DNA of 64,000 nt, taken from NCBI GenBank assembly GCA_002505695.1, contig DAVU01000020.1:97107-161106 (forward strand). Direction: 5' to 3'. The notes beneath the pieces are model-generated. The model worked only from the letters and a program-made list of their open reading frames with translations. It made no database searches and was not told the origin of the DNA. Shown piece after piece: positions 9,783 to 19,032 of this stretch. The DNA is from Euryarchaeota archaeon UBA487 (lineage in GTDB: Archaea > Thermoplasmatota > Poseidoniia > Poseidoniales > Thalassarchaeaceae). Both the position numbers and the translations under genes were made by a program. Numbering within the stretch: the first letter of the stretch is position 1; the number at the start of each line of letters is the position of its first letter.

Positions 9783-10735
9783 CTCTCATTCATCACCCCA
9801 TCCAATCCTCTTCCAATATGTCGCATACCGGTGGACATTCTGGTCAGCACTCTGTCTCCGACCTTTAGGTTGGTGACACTAACAAGCCCTTCATCTCCAA
9901 CTAGGCGAATGGTCTCGGCCTGTTGGAGTGCTGCCTGTCCAGAAACGCTTCCATCGCCGTACTTTACCAGTAAAAAAGGCCTCTTTTCTATCTTGACTCT
10001 TCCGACTGTGGAATGCCTAAGTTTACCTCTGAGATTAATCACCGAGACTTTGTCACCAGAGACCAGCTCACTAAGATATTTCGTAGTTTGATCGGCCATG
10101 AGGCAGTATGAGTGTACAGCCCCTGCATTTACCCTGAATGGACGTGTGGGGACATACTCTGAGGGCACGGTTTCACCATGGACAATCACCATCGCGTTTG
10201 CTGTTGAGCCTACCAAGAGGCCTTCTCCCAGTTCAAGAGTATCAATGAGGTCGACACAAACCCGATCCCCGATTCCAACTGCAGCGATGTCAGTGACCTC
10301 GGAGTACTGCAGAACCGATTGTACTTGATCAGGGGTCCGTTTCTTGGACGCCACTTGGTTTGATAGGGCTAATGAGTAATTCAATAAATCAATTTTTGGC
10401 GGTATGAGCACAGCGTCTACACCGTGTTCCAACGCGAATCCTGCTCCGGTTATGTCATCCGAAGATGAGACTGCTGCTGCGATTCTTGTTCCAGTGCCCC
10501 TAGAGGCAGATATTATGTTCTCCAGGGGGATCATGGTCCAATCAGAGCATCGTAGCAGTATCCAATCAACCAATCCCACTAGAGAGGCAGCTTCTTCCTG
10601 TCCTCTGAAACCATCTATCTCCACTTCCGCGACATCCTTTGACTCACCATGCCATTGCCTCTGCACATTTTCAATCAAAGTAGAATCGATATCGCTGAAA
10701 TTCTCTCCCGCTGTGAAGTCTAGCCATACTTCCAT
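9779..10735 (-). CDS. aroB': 3-dehydroquinate synthase II (archaeal aroB')
   Basis: A roughly 320-aa protein adjacent to ADH synthase with a 4-nt stop/start overlap to the next gene. It is of the PF01959-type, as in the Methanocaldococcus pathway. Confidence 0.65.
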   Translation of the reverse strand: MEVWLDFTAGENFSDIDSTLIENVQRQWHGESKDVAEVEIDGFRGQEEAASLVGLVDWILLRCSDWTMIPLENIISASRGTGTRIAAAVSSSDDITGAGFALEHGVDAVLIPPKIDLLNYSLALSNQVASKKRTPDQVQSVLQYSEVTDIAAVGIGDRVCVDLIDTLELGEGLLVGSTANAMVIVHGETVPSEYVPTRPFRVNAGAVHSYCLMADQTTKYLSELVSGDKVSVINLRGKLRHSTVGRVKIEKRPFLLVKYGDGSVSGQAALQQAETIRLVGDEGLVSVTNLKVGDRVLTRMSTGMRHIGRGLDGVMNER

Positions 10736-10741
10736 GGGTTT

Positions 10742-11536
10742 TCACCCCATCATTTGAATGGCTTCGTTCGAGGTTTTTCCCTCATGAATTATAGCCCTCA
10801 ACGCCCTTATTCTGTTAATCCGATCGTGAGATCCGAATATCTGCCTACCCATGCAGACCCCAGCGCCGCCAACAGAAATTGCAGACTCAACGATCTCGAG
10901 GGTTTGAGCGAATGATATGTTTGGCTGGCCTCCAGCAATCAGGACAGGGATCGGGACTGACGAGCACACATCATGAAAAGAATCCGCACTCCCTGTCCAT
11001 GGTACCTTTGCGACATGGCATCCAATCTCCCAAGCTAGTCTCGCAGCATGTGCGACTCCGTTGGTTTTGTCGCCCTCAATTGGGATTAGGCCGGGACCTC
11101 GCGGGTAGATCATACCAAGTACCGGCATGTCATGAGCTAGCGCTGCGGAGGTAAGCAATCCTGCATCCCTTATCATTTCGCCTTCATTATTGGACCCCAA
11201 GTTAATTTGGCAGGATATTGCTACTGCACCTCTTTCCTGTGCCTCTCCAGGATTCCCGACTGGTACCTTGGTGTCTGAATTGATCCCTGCATGAATGGTA
11301 GATGCTGATACGTGCATAATGAAATTTGGCCATGAGAGCCTGTTGATTTGGTGTGACAGGACTCCTTTCTGTAGTACTATCGCATCCACGCCACCCTCGA
11401 TGCAATCATCTATCGCCTCCTCGATGTTTCGAAGGCCTCGAACTGGGAAGGAAGTGAGGCCATGGTCCATGGGTACCCAAACGCCTTTTCCACCGGGAAG
11501 GAGGGATGATAGTGCGTCGCTCGGTGATGTTGTCAT
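10742..11536 (-). CDS. aroA': 2-amino-3,7-dideoxy-D-threo-hept-6-ulosonate (ADH) synthase, class I aldolase DhnA family (archaeal aroA')
   Basis: DhnA-type class I aldolase features (GVDAIVLQKG...) are present at about 264 aa, and it is the first gene of the aro operon. Confidence 0.65.
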   Translation of the reverse strand: MTTSPSDALSSLLPGGKGVWVPMDHGLTSFPVRGLRNIEEAIDDCIEGGVDAIVLQKGVLSHQINRLSWPNFIMHVSASTIHAGINSDTKVPVGNPGEAQERGAVAISCQINLGSNNEGEMIRDAGLLTSAALAHDMPVLGMIYPRGPGLIPIEGDKTNGVAHAARLAWEIGCHVAKVPWTGSADSFHDVCSSVPIPVLIAGGQPNISFAQTLEIVESAISVGGAGVCMGRQIFGSHDRINRIRALRAIIHEGKTSNEAIQMMG

Positions 11537-11566
11537 GGTTCATTCTGGATGGTTATTGCGTTTGAA

Positions 11567-12358
11567 TTAGTGCCCATGATCAGAGAATTCAGCTATCACC
11601 GGGGCATGATCCGATATTCTAAGACCTCCTTCTCTGATTACCTCGGCTCGAACAAACCGATCTGCTGCTGCTGGATTTGCCAATATGTAATCAATTCTCC
11701 AACCCCTGTCCAATTCTCGGGCCCTCCCTCGGTTCGACCACCATGAATATGGACCTTTGATACCGCCATATTGTACTCTAACAAGATCCTTCCAACCGGA
11801 TTGCAATAATCTGTCGAACCACTCTCGCTCATGGTCCAGAAACCCAGATGTTCTTCGATTACCCGACGGATTCCAAATATCATTCTCCGTGTGGGCTATA
11901 TTGAGATCTCCACACAACAATGAGGGCTTCGAATCTGCTAGGAAGCCCTGACTCCATACCAGCATATCCTCTAACCAGATATCCTTGTAGCGTTGCCTCT
12001 CTGGGCTAGAAGATCCATTAGGGAGATACATGTTTATGCAGGTAAATTCACCATGTCTTGTTACCAAGACTCTTCCTTCTGGGTCCAGAGTGTCATCCAA
12101 ATTGGTTTCTATCCCTCTCCTGACTTCAATAATCTCATCTTTAGAGCAGGTCATTACTCCTGAGTACCCCTTTTTTTCTGCCGGGTGCCAAATGACATTG
12201 TAATCTGGAGGTTGGGTCCAATCCACCGGCATCTGTTCAGGCAAAGCCCTAACTTCCTGGAACAAAAGAACATCTGCATCCATCTTTTTTATGAATTGGT
12301 CTAGCCCCTTCTTGTAAGCGGCCCTAATTCCATTCAAATTCCAAGTAGCTAACCTCAT
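11567..12358 (-). CDS. xth: Exodeoxyribonuclease III (AP endonuclease)
   Basis: MRLATWNLNGIRA...LLFQEV...DHAPV are canonical Xth motifs. The start was trimmed to the MRLATWN Met, which also removes overlap with the upstream permease stop at 12367. Confidence 0.9.
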   Translation of the reverse strand: MRLATWNLNGIRAAYKKGLDQFIKKMDADVLLFQEVRALPEQMPVDWTQPPDYNVIWHPAEKKGYSGVMTCSKDEIIEVRRGIETNLDDTLDPEGRVLVTRHGEFTCINMYLPNGSSSPERQRYKDIWLEDMLVWSQGFLADSKPSLLCGDLNIAHTENDIWNPSGNRRTSGFLDHEREWFDRLLQSGWKDLVRVQYGGIKGPYSWWSNRGRARELDRGWRIDYILANPAAADRFVRAEVIREGGLRISDHAPVIAEFSDHGH

Positions 12359-12366
12359 TTTTCCAC

Positions 12367-14808
12367 CTATTGTGTAAGGTTTTTCACCTTCTCGACCAAA
12401 TCCATTCGACGCAAGCGCCAGATACCAATAGGAGTCATGGCCACTGCAATCAAAATCACACCCAACATCAGTTGATACGCTACACTGGGAACTATCAAAA
12501 TAGTGACGTGAAACTGCCAAGTAGAGAAAGAGGCTGCCAGCCCGACCGCACCGCCATATGCGAAAAGGACGCCGATTAATCCGCCAATGATTCCGATTAG
12601 AAGACTTTCAAAGAGGAGCATGATTCCAAGACTTAGGGTTGATGCTCCCAATACTCGTAGTGTTGCAAGTTCAAAATCCCGTTCTGCGACATTCATGATC
12701 ATTGTATTGAACATCACCGCGATAGTAAACATGAGCCCAAGATACATCATAGCAAGGAAAATTTGAGTCTGTTGGTCGATCAGACTGTTCATACCTTCAA
12801 TGAGGGTCTTGCGCTCAACTACTCCAATGGATACTTCTGCGAGCGATGAATCGACATCGACACCGTCGGGAAGTGTGAGGTAAATTGATGTGGCGTTGAC
12901 TCCCAATATCTCTCCCAGTTCAGCCCTCATGAAATACATCGTTCGCGCTAATTCACCCCGAGTCACTCCAACAATTGTGACTTCATATTCGGCTCCATTC
13001 AACAAGACTGTGTGTGTTTGTCCAACATTCCATCCCAAGAATGTCGCTGCGCCCTCGTCAAGCAAGACCTCATGGGGACTAGTGCTGAGCTCAGGTGGCT
13101 GGCCCTGTATGATGTTGACATTTCTCAACCCATCTGTGAAAGAGTCGAGTCCCACCACGGTGAAAATGCGGTCCAAGCCCTCAGAATCCTCTACTACTCC
13201 CAAAGGCATCTCGATTAATGGTTCATAGGAGGCGCCCCGTTGATTTGCCCATTCGATGACCTTGTCTTCTCCCTCTTGGTTGATGTAGACTTGGGCATCC
13301 CAGGATTGTCGATCTTCGAGTCCGCCCACGATGGTGTCTTCAAGCCCAGCCGACATCATTTGGACCGAGCCGAAAAGCATCAGAGAGATCCCAACAGCGA
13401 GGAAGGTCATCATCAAACGAACAGGTTTGCGAATGCTTGACCTGATAGATAGTCCGAGAGTGGTTGGCAACCAAGAAGTTAGGCGACGAAGGGTATTCGA
13501 TCCCACTCGAATTTGATTTTGACCGCTAAGCACCTCCAGAGGATCGAGTTTACTAGCCTTTAGGGCAGGGAATGCCCCTGAAAGGAAAACTACGGCAATG
13601 GTTGGAATCATGATGTTTGAATAAATTGGCCATGGAACTTCTCTGTCCGTGATGGGGAGGCCTACAATGCCTTCGTAGAAATCGAGCATGTAGTCAACCC
13701 CCCATGGGCCTATAACTGCTCCAATCCCACAGCCTGTGGCACCGATCGCAAGTGGGGCGATTAAATATCCAGTCATCAATGACTTCCTATTCACCCCGAG
13801 TGTTCGCAATGCTGCTATCTCTTTGGCTTGACTTTGTACCAAGCGTTGGAGGCTGAGGACAATCGTGATTGAGGCGATAGCAGCAATCATAATTGCAAAG
13901 GGTACGCTAGTGCGCTTAGCACCCTCAAGGTCTTGCCGCATGATTTCAACTGGCTCATTCTGACCTCTATCCCTGATTCGACCATTCAACTCGGTGTTTT
14001 CTAGAGCTCCAGAAACAAGATTCCTCACCAGATCAATTTCATCTCCTTCATATTCTTCTGTGTCAGGAAGATCGAATGAGGGATTGCCTTCCACATCCAA
14101 CAGGATAGTATTGCTGTTGCCGATGGAGCTGTTCGTTAGACGGGCCATGCCACTCTCCGAGACATACCCGACTACATACTGACCTGGCTCTGGAGGGAAA
14201 ATCGAGCCCTCTGGAGCCATGAAAACGTGAAGTGGGTGATATCCAATCCCAACGATCGAGAACTCGACTGGCGAACTTCCTGCACTGATGTTAACGGTAT
14301 CCCCCAATGATAAATCGAGTGCTTCGACGACATGGGCATCAATGACAATCTCATCGGCGGCAGAAGCTACCCTGCCTTCACTATGCCCTGACGGCATCCA
14401 AACCCTGTCAGCGTTGGCAAACTCAGGAATTCCATGCCAGAGGGAATTGATTATTTCTGTGCCCCCGTTGGTTGAGTGAAACATTGTGCCTTGCACGATT
14501 GTTCGACCCTCGCATGAGTCCAGTTCGGCCATATCTGCAGGCCATGATGCTTCCAATGTTCCACAGAAGTTCATGACTTCCGCATGGGACCAGGTTGTAC
14601 TTCGATTGTCTATCCACATGTCGGCGAGATTAGCGCCCTCGTCATCGTCAGCATGCAGGGTTTCATACATGCCGTCCAGGTTGTGCGAATACCCGCTGAA
14701 TGTGATTCCTGCGAATACCCCTACCGATACCATCATCACAACCGCGAAGAGTCGGGTTTTTGTCCGCCATAGACTACGTGCCAAGCGTTTATTCAGCAAG
14801 GTTGACAT
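12367..14808 (-). CDS. ABC transporter permease, FtsX/MacB-like, with large extracytoplasmic domain (813 aa)
   Basis: N-terminal TM then a large loop, with multiple C-terminal TM helices and duplicated FtsX-like segments. It lies adjacent to a MacB/LolD-type ATPase. Confidence 0.75.
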   Translation of the reverse strand: MSTLLNKRLARSLWRTKTRLFAVVMMVSVGVFAGITFSGYSHNLDGMYETLHADDDEGANLADMWIDNRSTTWSHAEVMNFCGTLEASWPADMAELDSCEGRTIVQGTMFHSTNGGTEIINSLWHGIPEFANADRVWMPSGHSEGRVASAADEIVIDAHVVEALDLSLGDTVNISAGSSPVEFSIVGIGYHPLHVFMAPEGSIFPPEPGQYVVGYVSESGMARLTNSSIGNSNTILLDVEGNPSFDLPDTEEYEGDEIDLVRNLVSGALENTELNGRIRDRGQNEPVEIMRQDLEGAKRTSVPFAIMIAAIASITIVLSLQRLVQSQAKEIAALRTLGVNRKSLMTGYLIAPLAIGATGCGIGAVIGPWGVDYMLDFYEGIVGLPITDREVPWPIYSNIMIPTIAVVFLSGAFPALKASKLDPLEVLSGQNQIRVGSNTLRRLTSWLPTTLGLSIRSSIRKPVRLMMTFLAVGISLMLFGSVQMMSAGLEDTIVGGLEDRQSWDAQVYINQEGEDKVIEWANQRGASYEPLIEMPLGVVEDSEGLDRIFTVVGLDSFTDGLRNVNIIQGQPPELSTSPHEVLLDEGAATFLGWNVGQTHTVLLNGAEYEVTIVGVTRGELARTMYFMRAELGEILGVNATSIYLTLPDGVDVDSSLAEVSIGVVERKTLIEGMNSLIDQQTQIFLAMMYLGLMFTIAVMFNTMIMNVAERDFELATLRVLGASTLSLGIMLLFESLLIGIIGGLIGVLFAYGGAVGLAASFSTWQFHVTILIVPSVAYQLMLGVILIAVAMTPIGIWRLRRMDLVEKVKNLTQ

Positions 14809-14817
14809 TATCTCGCC

Positions 14818-15519
14818 TCAGTCTTCGTTAACATTGGTGACCATTTCGTCTGAGACGATTTTGCCGCTATCAATTCGAATCACTCGAGTAGCATATCTAA
14901 TCAAGCCCTCATCGTGAGTGACAAATACGGAGGTTATGTCCTCCTGTCTGCAAGCATTCACAAGTGCCTCCATGACCTTCTTTGAGGTTTCTGTGTCGAG
15001 ATTTCCAGTTAATTCATCCCCCAACAACAACTTGGGTCTTTTGGCAATACTACGGGCAATAGCAACGCGTTGTTGTTGGCCTCCGCTGATTTCTCCAGGG
15101 AATCGGTTGACTTCAGAGTGTAGCCCCACCAGCCCAAGAAGCTCCTTGGCGCGGGCGGGGTTCTTGGTCCCAGCAAGTTCTTGGATCAAGAGTATGTTCT
15201 CGAGAACAGTAAGGTCCTGGAGCAAGTTGAAAAACTGGAAAACATAACCTATATTCTCCCTTCGGAAGGACGTCATTTTTTCCGAATGATGGCGTGGTAC
15301 CTCGCTACCAAGAAATTTGTATGACCCCCCGGTTGGGCTATCTAGGCCAGATAAACAGTTCAAAAGTGTAGTCTTGCCTGATCCTGATGGACCTAGGAGA
15401 ATAACCCTATCACCCTCTTCCACGATGAAACTAACGCCATCAAGCGCCTTTACAACTCCTGCTGGAGTTTCATAGTGTCGCTGAATATTTTCCATTTTTA
15501 GTAAGGGCATGGGCATCAC
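14818..15519 (-). CDS. ABC transporter ATP-binding protein (MacB/LolD-like)
   Basis: Walker A GPSGSGKTT, signature LSGGQQQRVAIARS and Walker B LLLGDE are all present. Confidence 0.9.
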   Translation of the reverse strand: MMPMPLLKMENIQRHYETPAGVVKALDGVSFIVEEGDRVILLGPSGSGKTTLLNCLSGLDSPTGGSYKFLGSEVPRHHSEKMTSFRRENIGYVFQFFNLLQDLTVLENILLIQELAGTKNPARAKELLGLVGLHSEVNRFPGEISGGQQQRVAIARSIAKRPKLLLGDELTGNLDTETSKKVMEALVNACRQEDITSVFVTHDEGLIRYATRVIRIDSGKIVSDEMVTNVNED

Positions 15520-15568
15520 GAGTTATTGAAAAATACCAAATTTCAATCTTGTTTAAATGGTGCGTATT

Positions 15569-17638
15569 CTAATCCAGTGAAACTCTATTGAAAAATGACA
15601 TTGATTCTCTGAAGAGTTCCTCTCTCCTCAGCCTTTTATTTCTCCTAAGATGGAAGAATGTGAATAGGAAAACTAGCCCTATTAGGAAGGGTATGAGAAC
15701 CTCAGCCTGATATCTCTCCATGAACTCAATTATCCCTCGGGCAGTATACGCCCAAGTAATTGATGCTGCTGTGCCTCCGATCGTAGTTGCCAATAGGACT
15801 CTCTCAAACCTCATCCTTGCGACCAACCCCAGCATAGCCCCAACGAGTACGCCACTTGCCATGAATGGTATCCAAACGAAAAATATCAAGCCCCAGAATC
15901 CATATTTATCAATTCTATTTCTATTCCTCTGAGCGACATACTCCACACTGGAGAGGATGTCTCCTCCTACAGTTTGCAGGAGTGTCCCCGTAATTCCGGG
16001 TTGTTTTGCAACGAGTGCCTCCCCTGCAAAGTTTGAGCCTCCTTGCTCCACCCTACCAGCCACTGCTTGATCGGCCAAGGTACGTCTTAAATTTCTGGCG
16101 CTAACAATCACTTTTCTGCCTTCCAATAGGCTCGAAAGCCCCTTCTTTAGTCTGTCAGAAAGACTATTTTCTATCTCAATAAAGTTTCGTGGGAATAAAA
16201 AATAACTAAATCTTACTCGTGGACGGTATATCATTCTCACATAGACCGCCTTGTCGTCTGCAGAAACGAGGGTTCCTTCGTCTGCGAGGTCATATTCATC
16301 CAGTAATTCTTGGATAACTGGCCTCGCGGAATCTTCTATGGTCCCAACGATAGATATGGATTCGAAAAAGGGCCTGTAATCATCAACAACGATTGTTGGG
16401 TCAAATCCCTCCATGGTCAGGTCTTCGCCCAAGAGAATTTGCTCCTCTGTTTTTTTTGCATTTATTGATTGTACCCTGAGTTGAAGTGGTCTCATTTCCC
16501 CAAAAATTGCAAATTCCGAAAGCAGGTCCCGCATCAGAATCGATCTTACGTCTGTTTGGGTCATGATACTATGGGATTTTGGGACGTAGGGAACGAAAAC
16601 GTCGATAGAGATTGACCTTTCTTGCATCCTGAGGAGCTCAAAATCGATTTCTATCGTGGCCTCATCTTCAGATTCTTCGAGGATCCTGGAGATAAGCCTC
16701 TTGACTTGTTTTTTATTGAGTGCTTCCTCGCCCTCTCTGTGATACATTTTGTGCATCAGTGGATATTGGATGTACAGAAATACGATTGACATTCCGAGAG
16801 AAACGAACGCCATCCACCATGCAGGAACACCTCCGCTTCCACCAGTCAGCATGGCAGTCTCTCTTCCACCAGCCCATTCAGCTGCCATCAGGAGCCAACC
16901 CCATTCACCAAGATCTTTGAACGTAAGACATGCCCTTGGCCCGGTTTCCTTCAGATCAATGTCAATGACCTCTCCCTTGGAGAAAAGCCATCCCTTGACG
17001 CGATTTTCCACTTCTATCGGAAAGGCTTGAGAGTATATTTCAGTTGATTCCAGAGTTATGTTCTCATCATCAGCACCTGGATTGTTGCTTATGTTTAGTA
17101 TTGAGACGACGACTATCTGATCTCCTATCAACAAATTCTCTCCATCTATGGCAATAGACAGATCTCCGACCCCACGTATGACCTTCTCTACAACAACCCC
17201 TTCCAGATTAGTATGCGACACGATCATGCCCGTTTCGATCTCAGGAACGTTGTAAGACCTAATCCTGAGATCGTGATGATCTTCGAATACTGACAGCCAA
17301 ATCTGTCCTTGTTTGTCTATGCACTCGCCACCATTATCCAGCGGTGTCTTTGACAAAGTTTGATCGATTACGACTGAATCCCCAGCAATTATACCAGTAC
17401 TTGCGGTGGCTATCAGCAAGAGGAAAAATCCTCCAAAAGCAACTCCGAAGAGGAGTACGTAGTCCTCGACGGCCCACCTGAAAAAGCGCGTGTCACCAAG
17501 TCTTCTCTCTCTGATGGAGTCTAACTCTCTGTCTAACCTTACACGCTCTGCTTCGGAGAATATGTGAGTCACATCTGCGACGTCTACCCTTCCATCCTTG
17601 TTGAGATCCAATGAATGGGCCTCGCCACGTGATGGCAT
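15569..17638 (-). CDS. Polytopic membrane protein with N-terminal EF-hand/dockerin-like Ca-binding motif
   Basis: The start was trimmed to Met 17638 because the longer ORF (to 17740) would overlap tRNA-Leu. A DLNKDGRVDVAD loop resembles EF-hand/dockerin motifs, and several TM helices are present. Confidence 0.5.
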   Translation of the reverse strand: MPSRGEAHSLDLNKDGRVDVADVTHIFSEAERVRLDRELDSIRERRLGDTRFFRWAVEDYVLLFGVAFGGFFLLLIATASTGIIAGDSVVIDQTLSKTPLDNGGECIDKQGQIWLSVFEDHHDLRIRSYNVPEIETGMIVSHTNLEGVVVEKVIRGVGDLSIAIDGENLLIGDQIVVVSILNISNNPGADDENITLESTEIYSQAFPIEVENRVKGWLFSKGEVIDIDLKETGPRACLTFKDLGEWGWLLMAAEWAGGRETAMLTGGSGGVPAWWMAFVSLGMSIVFLYIQYPLMHKMYHREGEEALNKKQVKRLISRILEESEDEATIEIDFELLRMQERSISIDVFVPYVPKSHSIMTQTDVRSILMRDLLSEFAIFGEMRPLQLRVQSINAKKTEEQILLGEDLTMEGFDPTIVVDDYRPFFESISIVGTIEDSARPVIQELLDEYDLADEGTLVSADDKAVYVRMIYRPRVRFSYFLFPRNFIEIENSLSDRLKKGLSSLLEGRKVIVSARNLRRTLADQAVAGRVEQGGSNFAGEALVAKQPGITGTLLQTVGGDILSSVEYVAQRNRNRIDKYGFWGLIFFVWIPFMASGVLVGAMLGLVARMRFERVLLATTIGGTAASITWAYTARGIIEFMERYQAEVLIPFLIGLVFLFTFFHLRRNKRLRREELFRESMSFFNRVSLD

Positions 17639-17705
17639 GGATATCGATTCGGGAGGTACTTGATCAAGCCGTTGGCTTATTTTCAAGAAATAGCACGTAA
17701 GTATG

Positions 17706-17790
17706 TGGTGCAGGGGACAGGATTCGAACCTGCGAAGCACTACGCACTGGGACCTAAACCCAGCCCCTTTGACCGCTCGGGAACCCCTGC
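17706..17790 (-). tRNA. tRNA-Leu (anticodon UAG), 85 nt with long variable arm and genomically encoded CCA
   Basis: Reverse complement of 17706-17790 reads GCAGGGGTTCCCGAGCGGTCAAAGGGGCTGGGTTTAGGTCCCAG...GGTTCGAATCCTGTCCCCTGCACCA. The 7-bp acceptor stem, anticodon loop TTTAGGT, long variable arm and GTTCGAATC T-loop are all identifiable. Confidence 0.9.
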
Positions 17791-17812
17791 TTGGATTTCA
17801 CGGGGCCATCGT

Positions 17813-17822
17813 CCATATTTTA
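17813..17822 (-). promoter_or_regulatory. Putative archaeal TATA box for tRNA-Leu
   Basis: The minus-strand sequence TAAAATAT is centred about 27-28 nt upstream of the tRNA 5' end at 17790. Confidence 0.35.
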
Positions 17823-17984
17823 CAATGCCGTGAGCGGGTTATCTTGTCATTCATCTAACAACATCCAAATGAGTGTTCGAATTTATGCTCAATTATTTGG
17901 GGTTCAATTCGATTTGGTCTGCGAACCTATGGCTGATTACCACATTGGCATCTTGAAATCCCCCATCAAGGTCATAACGGATTT

Positions 17985-19016
17985 GTGCTGCGGACGGTCA
18001 TTGGTGGCTCCATGGCGCGCATTGGGATATTTGGTATGGGAAACTGGGGCACTGCCTTGGCGAAGATTTGGAGCGAAGATGGTCACACAGTCATTGGTTG
18101 GACAATAGAAAATGACGTTTACGAATCACTCATGATGGAATCCATCAATCACAAATACCTACCAGGCGTGGAAATGCCAAATTTACAGGCTACCATGGCA
18201 CATGGGGACATATTGGATAGTTCTGAGATCCTCGTCTTCGCACTCCCTAGCGGAGTGATATTGGAAGTAATTGACTTGGTATTGCCAGATTTGAGGCCTT
18301 CTCATGTCATACTGGACCTCGCGAAGGGTCTAGCACCTGAAGAGGCGAGTGAGGATGGCATGATATCCAATGCCATTGAGCAGAAATTGAAATCAAAGGG
18401 CAAATCAAACCCAGTTCTTGTCTTGACGGGTCCAACAATTGCTCCTGAGGTGGCAAGAGGAGTAGTCACCAGCGCATTAGTCGCATGTGATGATGACTCG
18501 GTGGCGAGGAAAATAGCTCAGAGGTTATCCACGAAGACCCTTATCTTGACCTCTGCAGACGATCCCGTCGGAGCAGAATTATGGGGTGCCTACAAGAACA
18601 CTGTGGCACTAGCATGCGGTATAGTTGATGGTTTAAGAGACTCAATTGGGGGTGACAACCTGAAGGCGGCCTTAGTTCAGGCGGGTTTCAATGAGGGGAG
18701 ATTCTTGTTATCTAAGATGGGTGCTAGTCCCGATACGGCTTTTGGGCCTGCAGGGATAGGAGATCTGTATGTCACATCAACGAGTCCTCGCAGTAGAAAC
18801 AGGACTCTGGGAGAGAAATTGGGGCAAGGAAAGAGTCTAGGCAAGGCTTTGGACGAGATGACCATGGTTGCCGAGGGCGTCCGCGCCGCGAGGATGTTTG
18901 CCGATACTGCTGATAGAAATGGATGGAATGCCCCATTCCTGAGTTCCCTATGCGACCTATTGGACGGGGAGATATCTCCAGAGGAATCTGTCAGAAAAAT
19001 GGTCGAGTCATTGTAG
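17985..19016 (+). CDS. gpsA: NAD(P)H-dependent glycerol-3-phosphate dehydrogenase (bacterial GpsA type)
   Basis: GMGNWGTALA, GPTIAPEVARG, KNTVALACGIVDGL and GIGDLYVTSTSPRSRNRTLGEKLGQG align motif-for-motif with E. coli GpsA. An alternative start exists at Met 18012 (MARIGIFG). Confidence 0.9.
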   Translation: MLRTVIGGSMARIGIFGMGNWGTALAKIWSEDGHTVIGWTIENDVYESLMMESINHKYLPGVEMPNLQATMAHGDILDSSEILVFALPSGVILEVIDLVLPDLRPSHVILDLAKGLAPEEASEDGMISNAIEQKLKSKGKSNPVLVLTGPTIAPEVARGVVTSALVACDDDSVARKIAQRLSTKTLILTSADDPVGAELWGAYKNTVALACGIVDGLRDSIGGDNLKAALVQAGFNEGRFLLSKMGASPDTAFGPAGIGDLYVTSTSPRSRNRTLGEKLGQGKSLGKALDEMTMVAEGVRAARMFADTADRNGWNAPFLSSLCDLLDGEISPEESVRKMVESL

Positions 19017-19032
19017 CTCCTTTGAATCAAAC

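Noticed and set aside
11549-11951. Short ORFs on both strands at the aroA'/xth junction
   Set aside because: They overlap the xth and aroA' coding sequence, and the translations are low-complexity.
17700-17800. Possibility that the tRNA genes mark an integrated mobile element (tRNA-Leu at 17.7 kb and tRNA-Gln at 38.4 kb)
   Set aside because: There is no integrase, transposase, direct repeat of the tRNA 3' end, or cluster of phage- or plasmid-like genes between or beside them. The intervening genes are core metabolism.
17791-18108. 105-aa plus-strand ORF upstream of gpsA
   Set aside because: It overlaps the gpsA start region in another frame, has no motifs, and the region is better explained as tRNA-Leu promoter plus gpsA 5' UTR/start.
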